A stretch of DNA of 64,000 nucleotides from Amoebophrya sp. A120 (lineage: Eukaryota; Protista; Dinoflagellata). Of this stretch, positions 9,494-21,800 are shown one piece after another. Positions within the stretch are counted from its first letter, which is position 1. Every line of letters begins with the position of its first letter. The notes below the pieces were generated by a model. The model searched no databases. It was not told the origin of the DNA and saw nothing but the letters and a program-made list of their open reading frames with translations. Position numbers and translations under genes: made by a program. The stretch is from assembly GCA_905178155.1 (NCBI GenBank), contig CAJINV010000005.1:1266438-1330437 (forward strand), given 5' to 3'.

Positions 9494-12081
9494 ATGTCCG
9501 CACCAGGAACAGGTACCATCAGCATGGGAAAGGCAAGCAAAGCGACGCGGCAGGGAGCAGCGGTGGGCGCCCCGCTTGTGACCAGCGGACCGGCCGCCGC
9601 CCCCCCCCCCACGCCCCGATCGACAACAAAGCCTTTGCTCCTACCGGAAAAGGCGGGTCGGCTGCGTCGCGCGAGCGGGACTACTGTGCGGGGGAAGTCG
9701 CCGCCGACTGTCCGCCCGTGTTCGGTCCGCAAGGGGATGTTGAAAGCGGATTTTTGGACAACAGCGACAAGGATCACGACGACGAAGACGATCATGTCTC
9801 TGCCGCCACCGGCATCAAGGATCATGCTGCAAAGCTACCGGGGGCGGACGCCGCGCGCTCTACCTTCGTGTCTTACGAGACCTTCCCGGCGAAACAGATG
9901 CCGGACGGCAAAAAACTCTCACAGCCGGCGTTGGCGAAGGCTTCGTCTACTGCAGCGGGGCGAGCGGTCGTCGCTGGTGGCTTGTGCTCTCGTGCTTTCC
10001 TGTGGACGTCCTGCGCCCTCATGGGTTTGTTCTTGTTCTTGACGATCTTCGGCTGGGACACTGCGGGTACTTATCTGTTATTTATATGAGGTTCAATTTC
10101 AAATCAATTATCATATGTATCACGTATCAGAGTCAGACTCATGAAGGACGATGAAGAGTCTCTTCGAAATATTTATTTTCTCCCACAGGGTTGGGAGAGC
10201 GAATGCAAGGAAGGAAAAGCTTAATGTACTGGATCTGCGTGTGCTTTTAAGCCTGGGCATACAAGACCAAGAGTACTTCTACTTGCATTCGCGCTTGAAC
10301 TTCTTCAAGGAACTCGCGAAAAGAAACACGGAATCAATGGGAGGTGGATGTCAGCGCATTTATTATTATGAAAAGGAAAATCAATAGTAATAAAAGCATG
10401 TGAAGAGAATGAGAAAATGAAAAACTAATCACAACAGTTGATGCGTGCTTCCTCCTGCAGGCTACGGTCTTGGCCGGTACCTCGACGACGAACGTTGCGA
10501 CGTTGCTCCTGACGCCGCACGACGAGGGACCGCCGGCGTCGGGAAAGAATTCCTCCGTTATCAAATGCGAAGATGTCTGAGTGTGCTGGAAGGTAACTAG
10601 AAAGACAAACAACAGACGCTTGTACTAGTCATGTAGGTTTTGCTCCTGCAGCAAGTTCAAGAGTGAAGTCTGGAACGCAGACAGAGCATGACAAATTTCG
10701 CGCAGGCTTGTCCGTGATTATGCTTACTCGGTTGGAGAAATCGCCTCTCGCCGGGAAACAAAATTTTTTGATACCTACGCAGAACAGAGTTTCTAATCTG
10801 CCTGTCCCTGTTACAGGGTCCGCATCTACTTGGGTACTTATTGCGTCCTACTTTCTCTACCAGAACCAGACATATTTGCCACTCATGAACGTGCAAATGG
10901 AACAATGGGCAGCTACATTGCGGGGGAAAGGGGGTGGAGCTACTACATCCCCAGAAGAGGCGGGAGCCGCGAACGCAACCGCTGTCGTGTCGCCGTCGTC
11001 GTCCTTCATTTTTGCGGGAGAAAAGCAATCGGCTTCTCATTCCGTGGCACAAAGCGTGGTGTTCGGCGAAGAACTTTGCAAATCGCGCGGTCGCGACGCG
11101 ATCAACCAATGGCGTCAAGAGACTTTGTCGTGGATGAACCAGTTCCGGTTCCCGTTTATGAACAGGTTGGCTCGTTTGAATTACGACCAACATCCAATGG
11201 AATCGAAGAATTTGCAAGACGCGAAAACAGCCTGCGAAAACGACCCGCTGTATGCATCGAATAAAGTATATCTGGGCCTGGGAAATTCTTGCAGAAGAAC
11301 ATTTGTCATTGTCATTCCTGTTCACTGACACGACCCTGAAGCTGAGCTTTCTTGTAATGCGTGTGCATAGTCATGCAAGAGCGGACTTTTTCGTACGAGA
11401 TACGGAAAATGTGGCCGCTCGAAAACTTCTGATGCGTCTTTGCTCTCTAGGCTTTTGATAGCAGCGTGCGCCTTCTTCCTCAAGAACTTGCGTTTCAACT
11501 TTCCAGACCTAGACATATTTGTATTTGATGCCTTAAAGGTTGGTGATTTCGAGATTGGACACTGCACTTTTTACCAACCTTACCGTGAGCTTTTCGAGTA
11601 TGATGACCCCATGTGTGTCATGGCCCGGGACGAGTTCGACGACGACGGCAGATACGACGGGACCAACCCCGACCAGGGGAAGCAACCTACCCCGGCGCAG
11701 TGTTTGGCGATCACCTTCAAAGGAGCTGTTACCACCTATGGAGCTAACGTACGCTGCAAGATGGGTGATGATTTGCGTGAAGATTCCGATGCATGGGTGC
11801 CTTATAACAAGATTCCGGAAACCTGCGAGTGGCAGGATGTGTCGGTCAAGGTTCCCGGAGGAGGCGGTGATGGTGAAGAAGAAACCTGCGTGACCGAGGT
11901 TACTGGTACTCCTGGGTTTCTTGGAGGTTTTGTTCGACCTCGCGGATGCTGCGTCCCGAAAGGCAGCAAAGAAAAGAAGATTCGCTGGAAGCTCGAACGA
12001 ATGATTCGCACCAGCGCACAAAGTTCGTCAATGGGCCCGGAGACTGGACTACATGCAACAATCTTTCACGATGAAGACTGA
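9494..12081 (+). CDS. Hypothetical membrane protein with Cys-containing C-terminal region (multi-exon)
   Basis: Hydrophobic segment AFLWTSCALMGLFLFLTIFGW. Exons join in frame after removing two degenerate introners. Apparent frameshift at the poly-C run 9600-9610. Confidence 0.55.
10559..10887. mobile_element. Degenerate TIR introner, family A
   Basis: tatcaaatgcgaagatgtctg...cagacatatttgccactcatg; TSD TCCGT/AACGT; removal gives KNSS-VQMEQW. Confidence 0.7.
11251..11530. mobile_element. Degenerate TIR introner, family A
   Basis: tatgcatc..atctgggcctgg...ccagacctagacatatttgtatttgatg; TSD CGCTG/CCTTA; removal gives NDPL-KVGDF. Confidence 0.68.
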
Positions 12082-14360
12082 GGCCTGTAGCTGAGTGCAA
12101 TTACGTAAGCGCTTCAATAGAGAATGAATAGTATGAAACTTTAAGTGCTTTACGCTAGTACAACTCGTCTTTACTGAAGCCGCAACGAAAAGCTTTTTTC
12201 CATTTAGTTTTTTCATTTGATTTCTTTCCTTCTTTTTTGTTTTTCTTCATTTATGAAGCCTTGACATTCACTCGGTCTTACATGGGTCCTTTGCGGCTAT
12301 CGTCGCGCGAATTTCTACGCATACTTTATCGGGAAGTGCAGCGGGACGTAATATGAGCGAGACCCTGGCTTGTTTTTTTATTTTTTGTCGCAACAAGAAC
12401 AACACAAACAAAAACTGTTACAGTTAGAAACTCATTGAGATTGATATTGTCGGGCGTATCATCTGCAAACTCACGCACCCAGAGAAGATCTTCATCTTTT
12501 CACGACTAGAACAGCAATAGAACTCAAGCTCTTCTTTATTAAAAAAAACCCTAGTATATATTATGATGCAGGTGTGTTCACTCCCTCGATATGATACTTC
12601 TGGTGGATTGCTCTTTTTGTTTTGCTACCTTGCCTTCATCTTTACAGCTACAGCAACCATTCAATTTCAAAAGATTAAGATTTATACTTCTATTTTTCAG
12701 CAAGCATCCTGATCCTTTCGAACTCAAACCACTCGAACCACTTTTCAGCTAATTGCACGAAATCGCGTCTATGTGCATAGTTAGCGGCTAGGTGCAGCAG
12801 CAACAGAACGCAATACCATGCATGCCTTTCTTTTCCGTCGCAACAAAAACATATAGAAATAAAACATAAAAAATATTGCATTATGTGTCATCACCAAGCG
12901 CAAGCACAAATTACCCTGGAAGTAAGAATATCAGTCATGTTTTCTGTTTTCAAGTTCCATTGCAACAGTCTTGCCAGCGTTCGCTTGATTTTCGGCTCTC
13001 CCCTGTAGAAGTCGAAATCTCTTGCGTTCCGAAAACAGCAGCCCTGTAGCCAATTTCAAAAAAATTACTTTCTCCCACTACATGCGAAGCACTCCACCTG
13101 CAAAGCCACTCAAATATTATATATCTTCGCATACAGTAAACCAAGTAGAACTAACCTACGACCGTCGCGATGTTCTCTAGTAAAGACGGAGAAGCGAAAA
13201 GACTCCTCTGTGTGTTTTTGAAGCCTCCACAGCGTTTCGTTTTATCAACCCCCATGATTCCCACATTGTAGCCCAATATTGGAGCGCCGCCTGCTTCTTT
13301 TTTTCATCCGACTGCATCCATTTCTTAGCATTTAGCTTTTATTTTATGGGAGTTGCAGTTGGTGGGACAACGACAAAGATAAACTAAGTAGCCCCATTTA
13401 TGAATGTAAATGTTTGCCGGTCGGGTTTTTATTTAGATTGCAGCGGTACAACGACGGCTCCTTCTGCGTGCCCAACCCATACCCGGAAGCACTTTTTGTT
13501 TTTTCTATATCTCTATCACTATCTGTAGCCCCACTCGGCGGAATGAAAAAACCCACCCCGAACGAGGAAAGACGTAAAAAAAAGCGTTATAACAGCGCCA
13601 GGGCGCTCGTTCAAAACTATTAACCCCCATTTTACTTTTAGCAGGTGTTGTGAAGTCGAGCAGGTAAAACATAAGAAGAGAGGCAGAACAGTTCGACAAC
13701 AATTATCCGCAAAGCAGTTTTTTCGACGTCCCTTTCGATCCCCACACGATGAAAGCCAGGAAGCACTAGCACTTTCGCGCGACTAGACCTTCCGAGACAG
13801 GGGGGATACTATTGCTGCTCAGGAGCCACCGCAAAGTGGATGCTTATAAACGGTTTTCGAATAGTTTTACCCGACCCGTCCCCGAAAAAATATTCTCGAA
13901 TAAAGGTGAAGCTGCCTCCAAAAGGCTTCCCCCCGCGGAGGTCGTGTTGCGTCAGCAGCGAGGGATACAGCACTGACCGAGGGTGCCCTCACAAGCGACG
14001 CACGTGCTATAGGTGCGTTGGCCACCTTCATGTTTGTTCCGTGCAAAGAAATAGATACTTCTTCTTTCGTGCCAGCGTGTTAAAATGATTCTGCTATGCT
14101 TGTTGCCTCATTTCCTTCGTCGGGGCCGCGTGGTAGTACTTTCTGCCCTTGCCCTCTTCCTGCAAAACTATAGCTGTACCAACATCAACTATATGCGAAA
14201 CCACGAGAGTCACCAGCGTCAGCGAGCCCGTGTCCGAGAAACTTTCACTTGAGCCCGTGTCGTTGTCTTGAGTGTGTATCTCATATGCAAAACAAGGTCC
14301 ACGAGTGGGGACAGGGTCCCTACGCCAGGGCCTTGCTCCCGCCCCTAGTGGTGCTAGCGG

Positions 14361-14560
14361 GGGAAGGGTGATCGGCATTGGGGCGGGCAGCGTCCGCCCC
14401 TCGCCTCACACCAGGCGCGCGCGTAGTAGCTTGATAGTGCGCGAAACGCAAGTGAGGGAAGGGCGTTCGGCATCGGGGCGGACAGCGTCCGCCCCTCGCC
14501 TCACACCAGGCGCGCGCCTAGTGGCTTAGTGCGCGATGCGTTTTTGGGGAAAGGGTGAAC
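14361..14560. repeat. ~95-bp GC-rich tandem repeat (2 copies plus a partial) with internal hairpin
   Basis: Units start gggaaggg at 14361, 14456 and ~14547; hairpin ggggcggac-agc-gtccgcccc at 14475-14495. Confidence 0.85.
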
Positions 14561-15201
14561 TAGGTGTCCGGGATTTTGCAAGACACAACAAAAATAGAAC
14601 TGGAGGAAATAAATATCTCTGCGCGGCTGCATGCAAAAGAATTGTCTAATATTGCAGCGCCATTCATTCCCCATCTCGCAGGGCAAAATAAAGCAGCTGC
14701 TATTTCCTGGCGCATAATTTCAGAGATGAGCACGCACTTCTTTTGCATGGGGGCGCAAGCATTTCTTTCGGATTCTGTTAGGGGGCAGGTTGAACTTTTG
14801 CGCTTTTATCTTTTTCATTTTCTGCGTCTCGAGTGTTTTTCCTGTGAAAAATGTTATGGGCATAGGCGTTAAGTTCGCCTGCCTGTATTTTTCCTCTCGG
14901 GGGTTCGCCTGTCGCCGTTACCTGTGACAGCCCTTCGTCACGGCCGCCTGTCCCGGCCATCTGTCCAAGCCATCTGTTCCGGCCACCTGAGACGGCCAAT
15001 CGTCACGGCCACCTGTCGCCGTCCCCTCTCGTCGGGGGTATGCGGGACCCCAGAGCCCGCGAGTACAGCTGTGTGAATATTAAGAGCTGCTCCTAGAGTT
15101 TTCATGGTTTCTTTTCGGCGTAGCCGCGCTGCGGCAAGGCACAACAGCAGAAGCGGCAACAGCTTTACCTTCCGAGGGCCGAAGAGCGAAATCTTGGCCA
15201 T

Positions 15202-15435
15202 GGCACTGAAAAAGGAGTGAGATTTCAGTGAGATCTCACTTTTTGGGAAACTTCATGTCTGGGCCCTCCGAGTGTGAAGGGCCCAGAAGTTGTGGGTCTT
15301 CCCGAGAAGTGGAATCTCACTGAGATTTGATTTTCTGCGAAATCCCACTTTTCGAATCACTTCTCGTGAGGTGTCTCACTTTGAGAGAGCCCAAAAGTGA
15401 GACTTTGAAAAAAGTGAGACTCCTTTTTCAGTGCC
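15202..15435. mobile_element. MITE-like element with (GG)CACTG termini
   Basis: 17-bp perfect TIR ggcactgaaaaaggagt / actcctttttcagtgcc; many internal tctcact/agtgaga motifs; no clear TSD. Confidence 0.75.
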
Positions 15436-15870
15436 GCACTGGGCTCCTGGCGGCGAGTCCGATTTTTGGCGATAGAGATGCATCGATCCAATTTATTTCG
15501 GCGATGGAGATGTCGTTGTGGGTTGTAGTTGGAGTGTGGTGGGCGTCAAGGTTAAGAGTGAGCAACGGCATATGAGGATTTTTGACGAGCGTGCTTGAGA
15601 AGTGAGCTAAGCCTTATCAAAAATGGGCCACCGTGGCGATGGTTCGTGGTATGTTGATCAGATTAATAATGTCCATTCAAACATGGTTTGCAAGGCCGTT
15701 TTGCCTTCGTCGACATTAGTGCAGTCACTACATTAAAAACCGTTATTACCCTACTTCCGAAGATCTTCGAAGCGTCAAACTCTCGAAGGTCGACAAGCCT
15801 ACGCCTCCCCCGCGATTAAGTACGCAGGCCGAGTACAACTTTTCCCGGCACAAATCCTCCGTCGCCCAGC

Positions 15871-18800
15871 ATGGCGATCATCGCCGCCTATTCGCCTGGC
15901 GACCGAACCAGGGTCGGAAAGCTGAGCAGCGCCCCCAGCAGTGGTTCGGCCAAGAAGACGCAAAATTCGGGAGGAGGACATGTCAGAAATCTACCCGGCA
16001 ACAGCCATTATGGCTTGATAAATCGGTTCTCTTCGCCCGCTGCGATGAGTGGCAGCGTCGCAAGGGAAACCGGGCTGGCACGGATCAAGAGGAATTTGGA
16101 AATGGACGCGATGAGAGCGGTATCAAATAAACTAGATCATCATCATGTTGTACGACATCCTCGTGAAGAGTATTGCGACGTCACTGAACGACATGCAGAT
16201 TGCAGAAGTTCTTGCTGAGCTACTGCTACTTGCAGACGAAAAGACTGACATTTGTGTTGAAATTATCAAATACCACCCCCAGGAAGCTGCAGACGACGCC
16301 GATAATATTTTAGTCAGCAACGCCGAGGACATCAATATGGCCACGTCCAAAGACAATGGCACCCCCAGCTACAACGAGGCCCATACGAAAGCGAAGAACA
16401 AATTGAAACAACTCTCCCGATCGATGACGCGCGATTCCGACATAGTGAAGCGTATGCGGGAAATTGAGGAGCAGAATGCGGAGAAGTTTTCCATCGATGC
16501 ACTGGCGGAGAACAAGGGGATTTCCGTATCAAAGTGAAAAAAGCCCCCACCCCATATCGGAAACGGACGATGCGCGAATTTGTGAAGCTGTATTTGAGTA
16601 CACAAATCGACTTGTATTGCTAGAAGGCCAAGAGACGAAGCTGCGGCCTAAATTGCACGTAATCTGACATGCTGTTTCCCACTTCCAGTTGCCTCCTGTC
16701 ATCCTGGAGCTGCAAGGCTTTCCCACGCTAGACAGCACTACAGTCCGCATCTTTTGCCTTCTAGCATCACAAAGCTGATTTGTGACCACAAATCTGCATC
16801 ACAGATTTCCGTTTTGATATGGGGAGGGGGCATTTTTCATTGTAATATTCCGAGGGGATGCTGCTCGACTGGCTCGACAAGGAAGTCAACGACGAGCATA
16901 TGAAATGCAAAAGCATCGTACTACGTATAAATCGCATGACAAACTTCCTCAGCATGAAAAACAAAACTCGTGGTGCGGATTTAACTTGAGGAAGAAACTT
17001 GTAATGCATGAATGCGATTAGTACGAGTGCGATACTTTTGCACAGGATAGAGCAGGCGTGCTTGCAGCTCCCGTTCGCACTGCTCCTCGTGATTGTCTTC
17101 GCGGCCTTGTTATGCATTGCAAATGCGTCATCTGGGTCGGGTCTGGAAAGGTGCAAACCTGTGATGCTGTCTTTGGATTCTAAAAAAATCGGTATTGCGT
17201 GGCCAGCAAGAGGAGCCCAGTTTGATGTGCTACGCGGAGACAGAGGGCACTTCTCATGCGGAATAGGCATCAGGAACGCCTCTAAAAATCTGTGATGCTA
17301 GGTCACGCATCGGAGGCAGAGGCATCGTTGGTCATGCAACATATGCATGGGGGGGGCGCGCGGACCTCGCTTGCCATCTCGTTTGGTCTCGCGAAAGTTC
17401 CAGTCCCCAGTGGGTGGTTTCGGTCGGGCCGCACCCAAGGACTCCACCCACTCACCGCGCGGTGTGTGCTTTCTTTTGGCTGCATACAGGAAAAAAAAAT
17501 AAGTCCACCTATTTCAAGGGGCCGCACCCCGCTTTTTATGCCCGGCCCCGTTCCTGGCACACAGCGTGCTCCACGAGGCGGGCGCATAGATGGGCTTGTA
17601 GATCCGGCGACACTCATGTGGACATACTAATGCTTCATGATGACAAGTAAAAAATCCACTTTACAGCTACCGCTTCGCTTTGCAAGCACCGCAATCGAGG
17701 TAGTGCTGACCTGTTTTATACCGTAGTACGCAAATGTCTGACAATTCAAAAAAACAAAACTATTTCATCTTCTCGTCGCCATCATAAGTGCCTTGAGGTG
17801 CCGCACACCTCTATCTCTAGTTTCTTGTTGATTACTTCTCGCTCGTTCGGTCGCGCATGTGCGGTGCAGCTCGCTCAGAGTTTTTTGTTTTTCATGCGAC
17901 TCTGCAGCCCTCACGCATAAAGGTTTGCATGTTTCAAGTCTTTGGACTTTCATGGGCTCACGCACATCCGAGATCGGGGGGGTGGGAGGGGGTCCTCAAG
18001 CCAGAAAAAAAATCCCCCCGAGTGTGAATCGGGAATATCAAGGTGCAACATATGCATGACAAACCTGGTGGCAATCGTCCAGACCCAGACATATTTGCAC
18101 TGGATACTTGTCAGTTTTGACACTGGGGAATAAATACGTCCAGGACGTGCACACCAGCATCGATGTGTTCATTCGGGAAAATGCGAACTTCGGGTAGTAT
18201 ATGGCATGAGCGTTCTGCTTTTGCATGGTTACTTTCATAATGAAGATCCTCATTTGCGCTTCAATGCTGCGACATGCGTGCTTTTTCCTCCGCAGTTCCT
18301 CTTCCTTTTTCTTTCTGTTCTCCCTCTCTTGGCTGTTTTTTGGCATGACAGAAATTCGTTCTCTTCACTATATACAGGTTCGACCACGGCGACATGCACG
18401 GCTTGAAAGCGCTCCGAGACGTCCACACCGTTGCCGACGTCTATTCCTGGCTCCGCCTCGGCTTCGTCCCCCTCATGCTGTCTGACTCCTTCGGCTACAG
18501 TGAGCACTTGACCGACACGGTTACTGCCCCACAGACTTTACCGCCGGCCCAGCAGTTCCCAGGATACCAACGCACCAGCCCTTTACCCTCAGATCTCCTG
18601 CTGTGGAACCACTTGGTCGGCGCAGTCAGACTCACCCAAACGACGAACTCCGAGCACGGAAGCAGTTCTTGTTGGGACGTCCCGGAGGAAATCCGACTCG
18701 TTCTCAACGACAAACTGACCCCGTGTTACGGTCAGGGCGATTTCCCAACCTTGCAGCAGCATTTGGCAATCAGCAAACCCGTGGAAAGTCCCGCGAAAAC

Positions 18801-21800
18801 CGTTTTCTTACCGACAGACTTCGCGAGCCCGGGAAGCCCATACTCCTCCACCGCGGAGGTGCAAACGGCCATTGGGGACCTGGAAAAGAACCTCTGGATC
18901 ACGGAAAACGTGAAGCAGGTGCAGATTTCCTTCCTCTCCCTGAACCGGGAATTCGGGCTGTGGACGATGACGACGATTTCCTTCACTTTCCGACGGGGTG
19001 GCCAAGTGTTGAAAGACATCTACCAGCAGTCCACCTGGCTCAACTTCCCGATGGGCAACGCGCAGCCGGAGCTGCTCACCTCGCTGAACCTGTTGTGGCT
19101 CGCGATGAACTGCTACATCTTTCTATCCTGAGTAAAAACGTACCCACACCAGAGTCAGGATGAGGATTTTGCAACACAAACTGAGGAGTTTTGTGAGTCA
19201 CGCATGACAAGTTGCACTATGCAGTGTAGTGCAGGTTAGCAAGTGCAGCCGCATCACAGATTCATCTGCTCATCCTGTTCACAGCATCACAAATTCCAAA
19301 TATATTGATTCTCATATATTGATTCTCATATATTGATTCTCATATATTGATTCTCATAGTATAGCAGGTCTCTGGGGTTCTGTGTGATTCAGTCATGGAC
19401 TTCCTGTCTGCTTCTATTACAGTTGTGAGCGCAAAGCAAGGTTGAAAAATATATAAGTGCCCGGGGATGAAGAAATACTCGCGATGTTTTCGCGGTTCTG
19501 ACCCTATGCCGCTCCAGCGCCTGCGGAGGCTTGCTTCCCCAGTGACAATGGACAATGGCAATGTCCGTGCGGTTGTTTTAGCATCACAAATTCCAAAACA
19601 CGATTGGAAATGGCTCTCATGGGGATGCGCATTACAAGTCTTCCTGTCTTTGCAAATCTGCATTACAACTCTGCTGTGTGTACGTTTTTACTCAGGATAC
19701 TTTCTCCAAGAGGTCACCGAAATCGCGAAGATTTTGAAGGAAACGCGGTCGCTCTCCCGGTTCAGCCAGAAGTATTTCGGGTTGTGGAACGTCGTCGACT
19801 GGCTCACCGTGTTTTCCGCGTGCTCCTTATCGCAAGACAAAACTGTTTCACTGTGAACTTGTGATGCATAGAATGGAGCACAGAACGATTTGCCTTGCTG
19901 CACGTGCAAGACATTGGATTTTCAGGCGTGTTTTCCCTTTGGAAGCGCGCATGGCAAATTTTCTGTGTCATGTGTAGCAAACTTGTCATGCAGATCTTGC
20001 AAAGCCATCCCAGTGAAACAGTTTTTTCGTGGGATACTCCTTGATCGGGTTTTACTTCTACTTGAACACCTATGGAAGCGCCAGGATTGAAATCATCAAA
20101 GTTGAAATTATTTGTAATGCATAAAATCGATACCAGCTGATCTGAAGCCCAATTTCCCAAGTGCGCATGACAAATTTCGGCACCGTCTAAAACCAGTTTG
20201 TCATGCTGTTTAGGGACAGCAGGCGCCTAGTGTCATGCTACTTTAGCAGCTCGATTCCAAACCCGAAACAGGCTTACAATTGGCCTCATTTGCAGTCCTT
20301 GCAAGAGAGGCACTTCATGCCTTGCAATTTCTGCATGAGAAATTATTTGTATTTCAACTTTGAGGATTTCAATCCTGACGCTTCGATAACACCTTTGTGA
20401 TGGACTTGAAGACGAATTTTTCCTCTTTAACCACCGGAAGTAACTCTTTGACCAACGAGAAACTATACGACCTAACGCTGAACATCATGACGCACCAGAA
20501 CGAATTGGTCTTCTGCAGCTACCTGTACGTGTTGATATCGCTTGTCCGCTTGTTCAAGGGGTTCTCCGCGCAACCGCGGTTGGGCGTGGTCACGAACACC
20601 ATTATCAACGCGGCGGTGGACATTTTGCACTTCCTCGTGGTCTTTTCCTCGGTTTTCTTCGCGTATGCTCTTGCTGGTGTCATCGTGTTCGGCCGGCATC
20701 TGCAGGAATTCGCGACGTTAGACGTGTCCTTGACGACGTGCTGGCGGCTGGTCTTCGGCGATTTTGACTGGGATATCAAAAGGAAAAATCCCCCCTCCCC
20801 ATATCGAAAAGGTATGTCTCCGAAAATTTGCGTTGCTGATTTGATGAGGTCACAAATCACGGCTGTCTTGCAAAAAGACAAGGGCAGAAGCTTCCGCCAT
20901 ATTATGGAGGCGATTTGTCATGCTGTTGGGCCTAAAGGGGAGCCGTTTGCCATGCTAAGCAACTACTTAGACCCATACGCTCCTACCTAGCCTGGGGATC
21001 TGGCCGCAGTGTCTTACTGCAATATATATAAAGCCGATTTTTCTACACAGATCCAGCATCAGAAATTCCGTTTTGATATGGGGCGGAGGGATTTTTCCTC
21101 TCAATATGGGAGAGGACGAGCCGGATCGCGCCCTGGGAAGCGGCGGTGTTCTTCTACAGCTTCACACTTTTGGTCGTGTTGATCATGCTCAACATGCTAT
21201 TGGCGATCATTCTCGATACCTACATGGACGTGAAAGGACAGTCGACGAAGGCGGAAACCCTGTATTCCCAAGCGATCGAGACGGGTTCGAGGTACATACG
21301 GTTGAAAAAAGGCTCGAGGGTATCTTTGGAATACATCCGGAAGCACTTGTTGAGACGGGCGAAAGCGCTACTGTTGGCAGAGCAGGATGGCGGTCTACTT
21401 AATTGGGGTGTTTCGATCGAGTGTGTGCTTGTTGTGGTCTCCTGCGTCTCGATGTTCTTGTTACGCATAATCATGATAAGATGAGTGATTGCAATTGCAT
21501 TGATAGACCACTTCTTGTTGTCCGAATTCGTCTTCGACCCTAGTAGTTCCTAAATGTTCAGGTTCCTATCCCGCTTCCATCCCAGTAGTGCCCACGACGG
21601 CCGGCAATTCGGATGCCGACCCCGTGCCTGAGCAAGACGCCAAGAACGCGAAGCCACCACTTGGTCTTGCTGCGAACAAATACCTAACCACTTCTTCTGG
21701 TGAGGAGTCGGAGACCACTTTAGACGCCGCGAACAGGGGAGCAACGGCAGTAGACAAATTGAGCAAGCAGGTTTCCATATCAGACGAAACCACGGCGACG

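Noticed and set aside
19301-19357. CRISPR array
   Set aside because: 14-bp tandem units without spacers; no cas genes.
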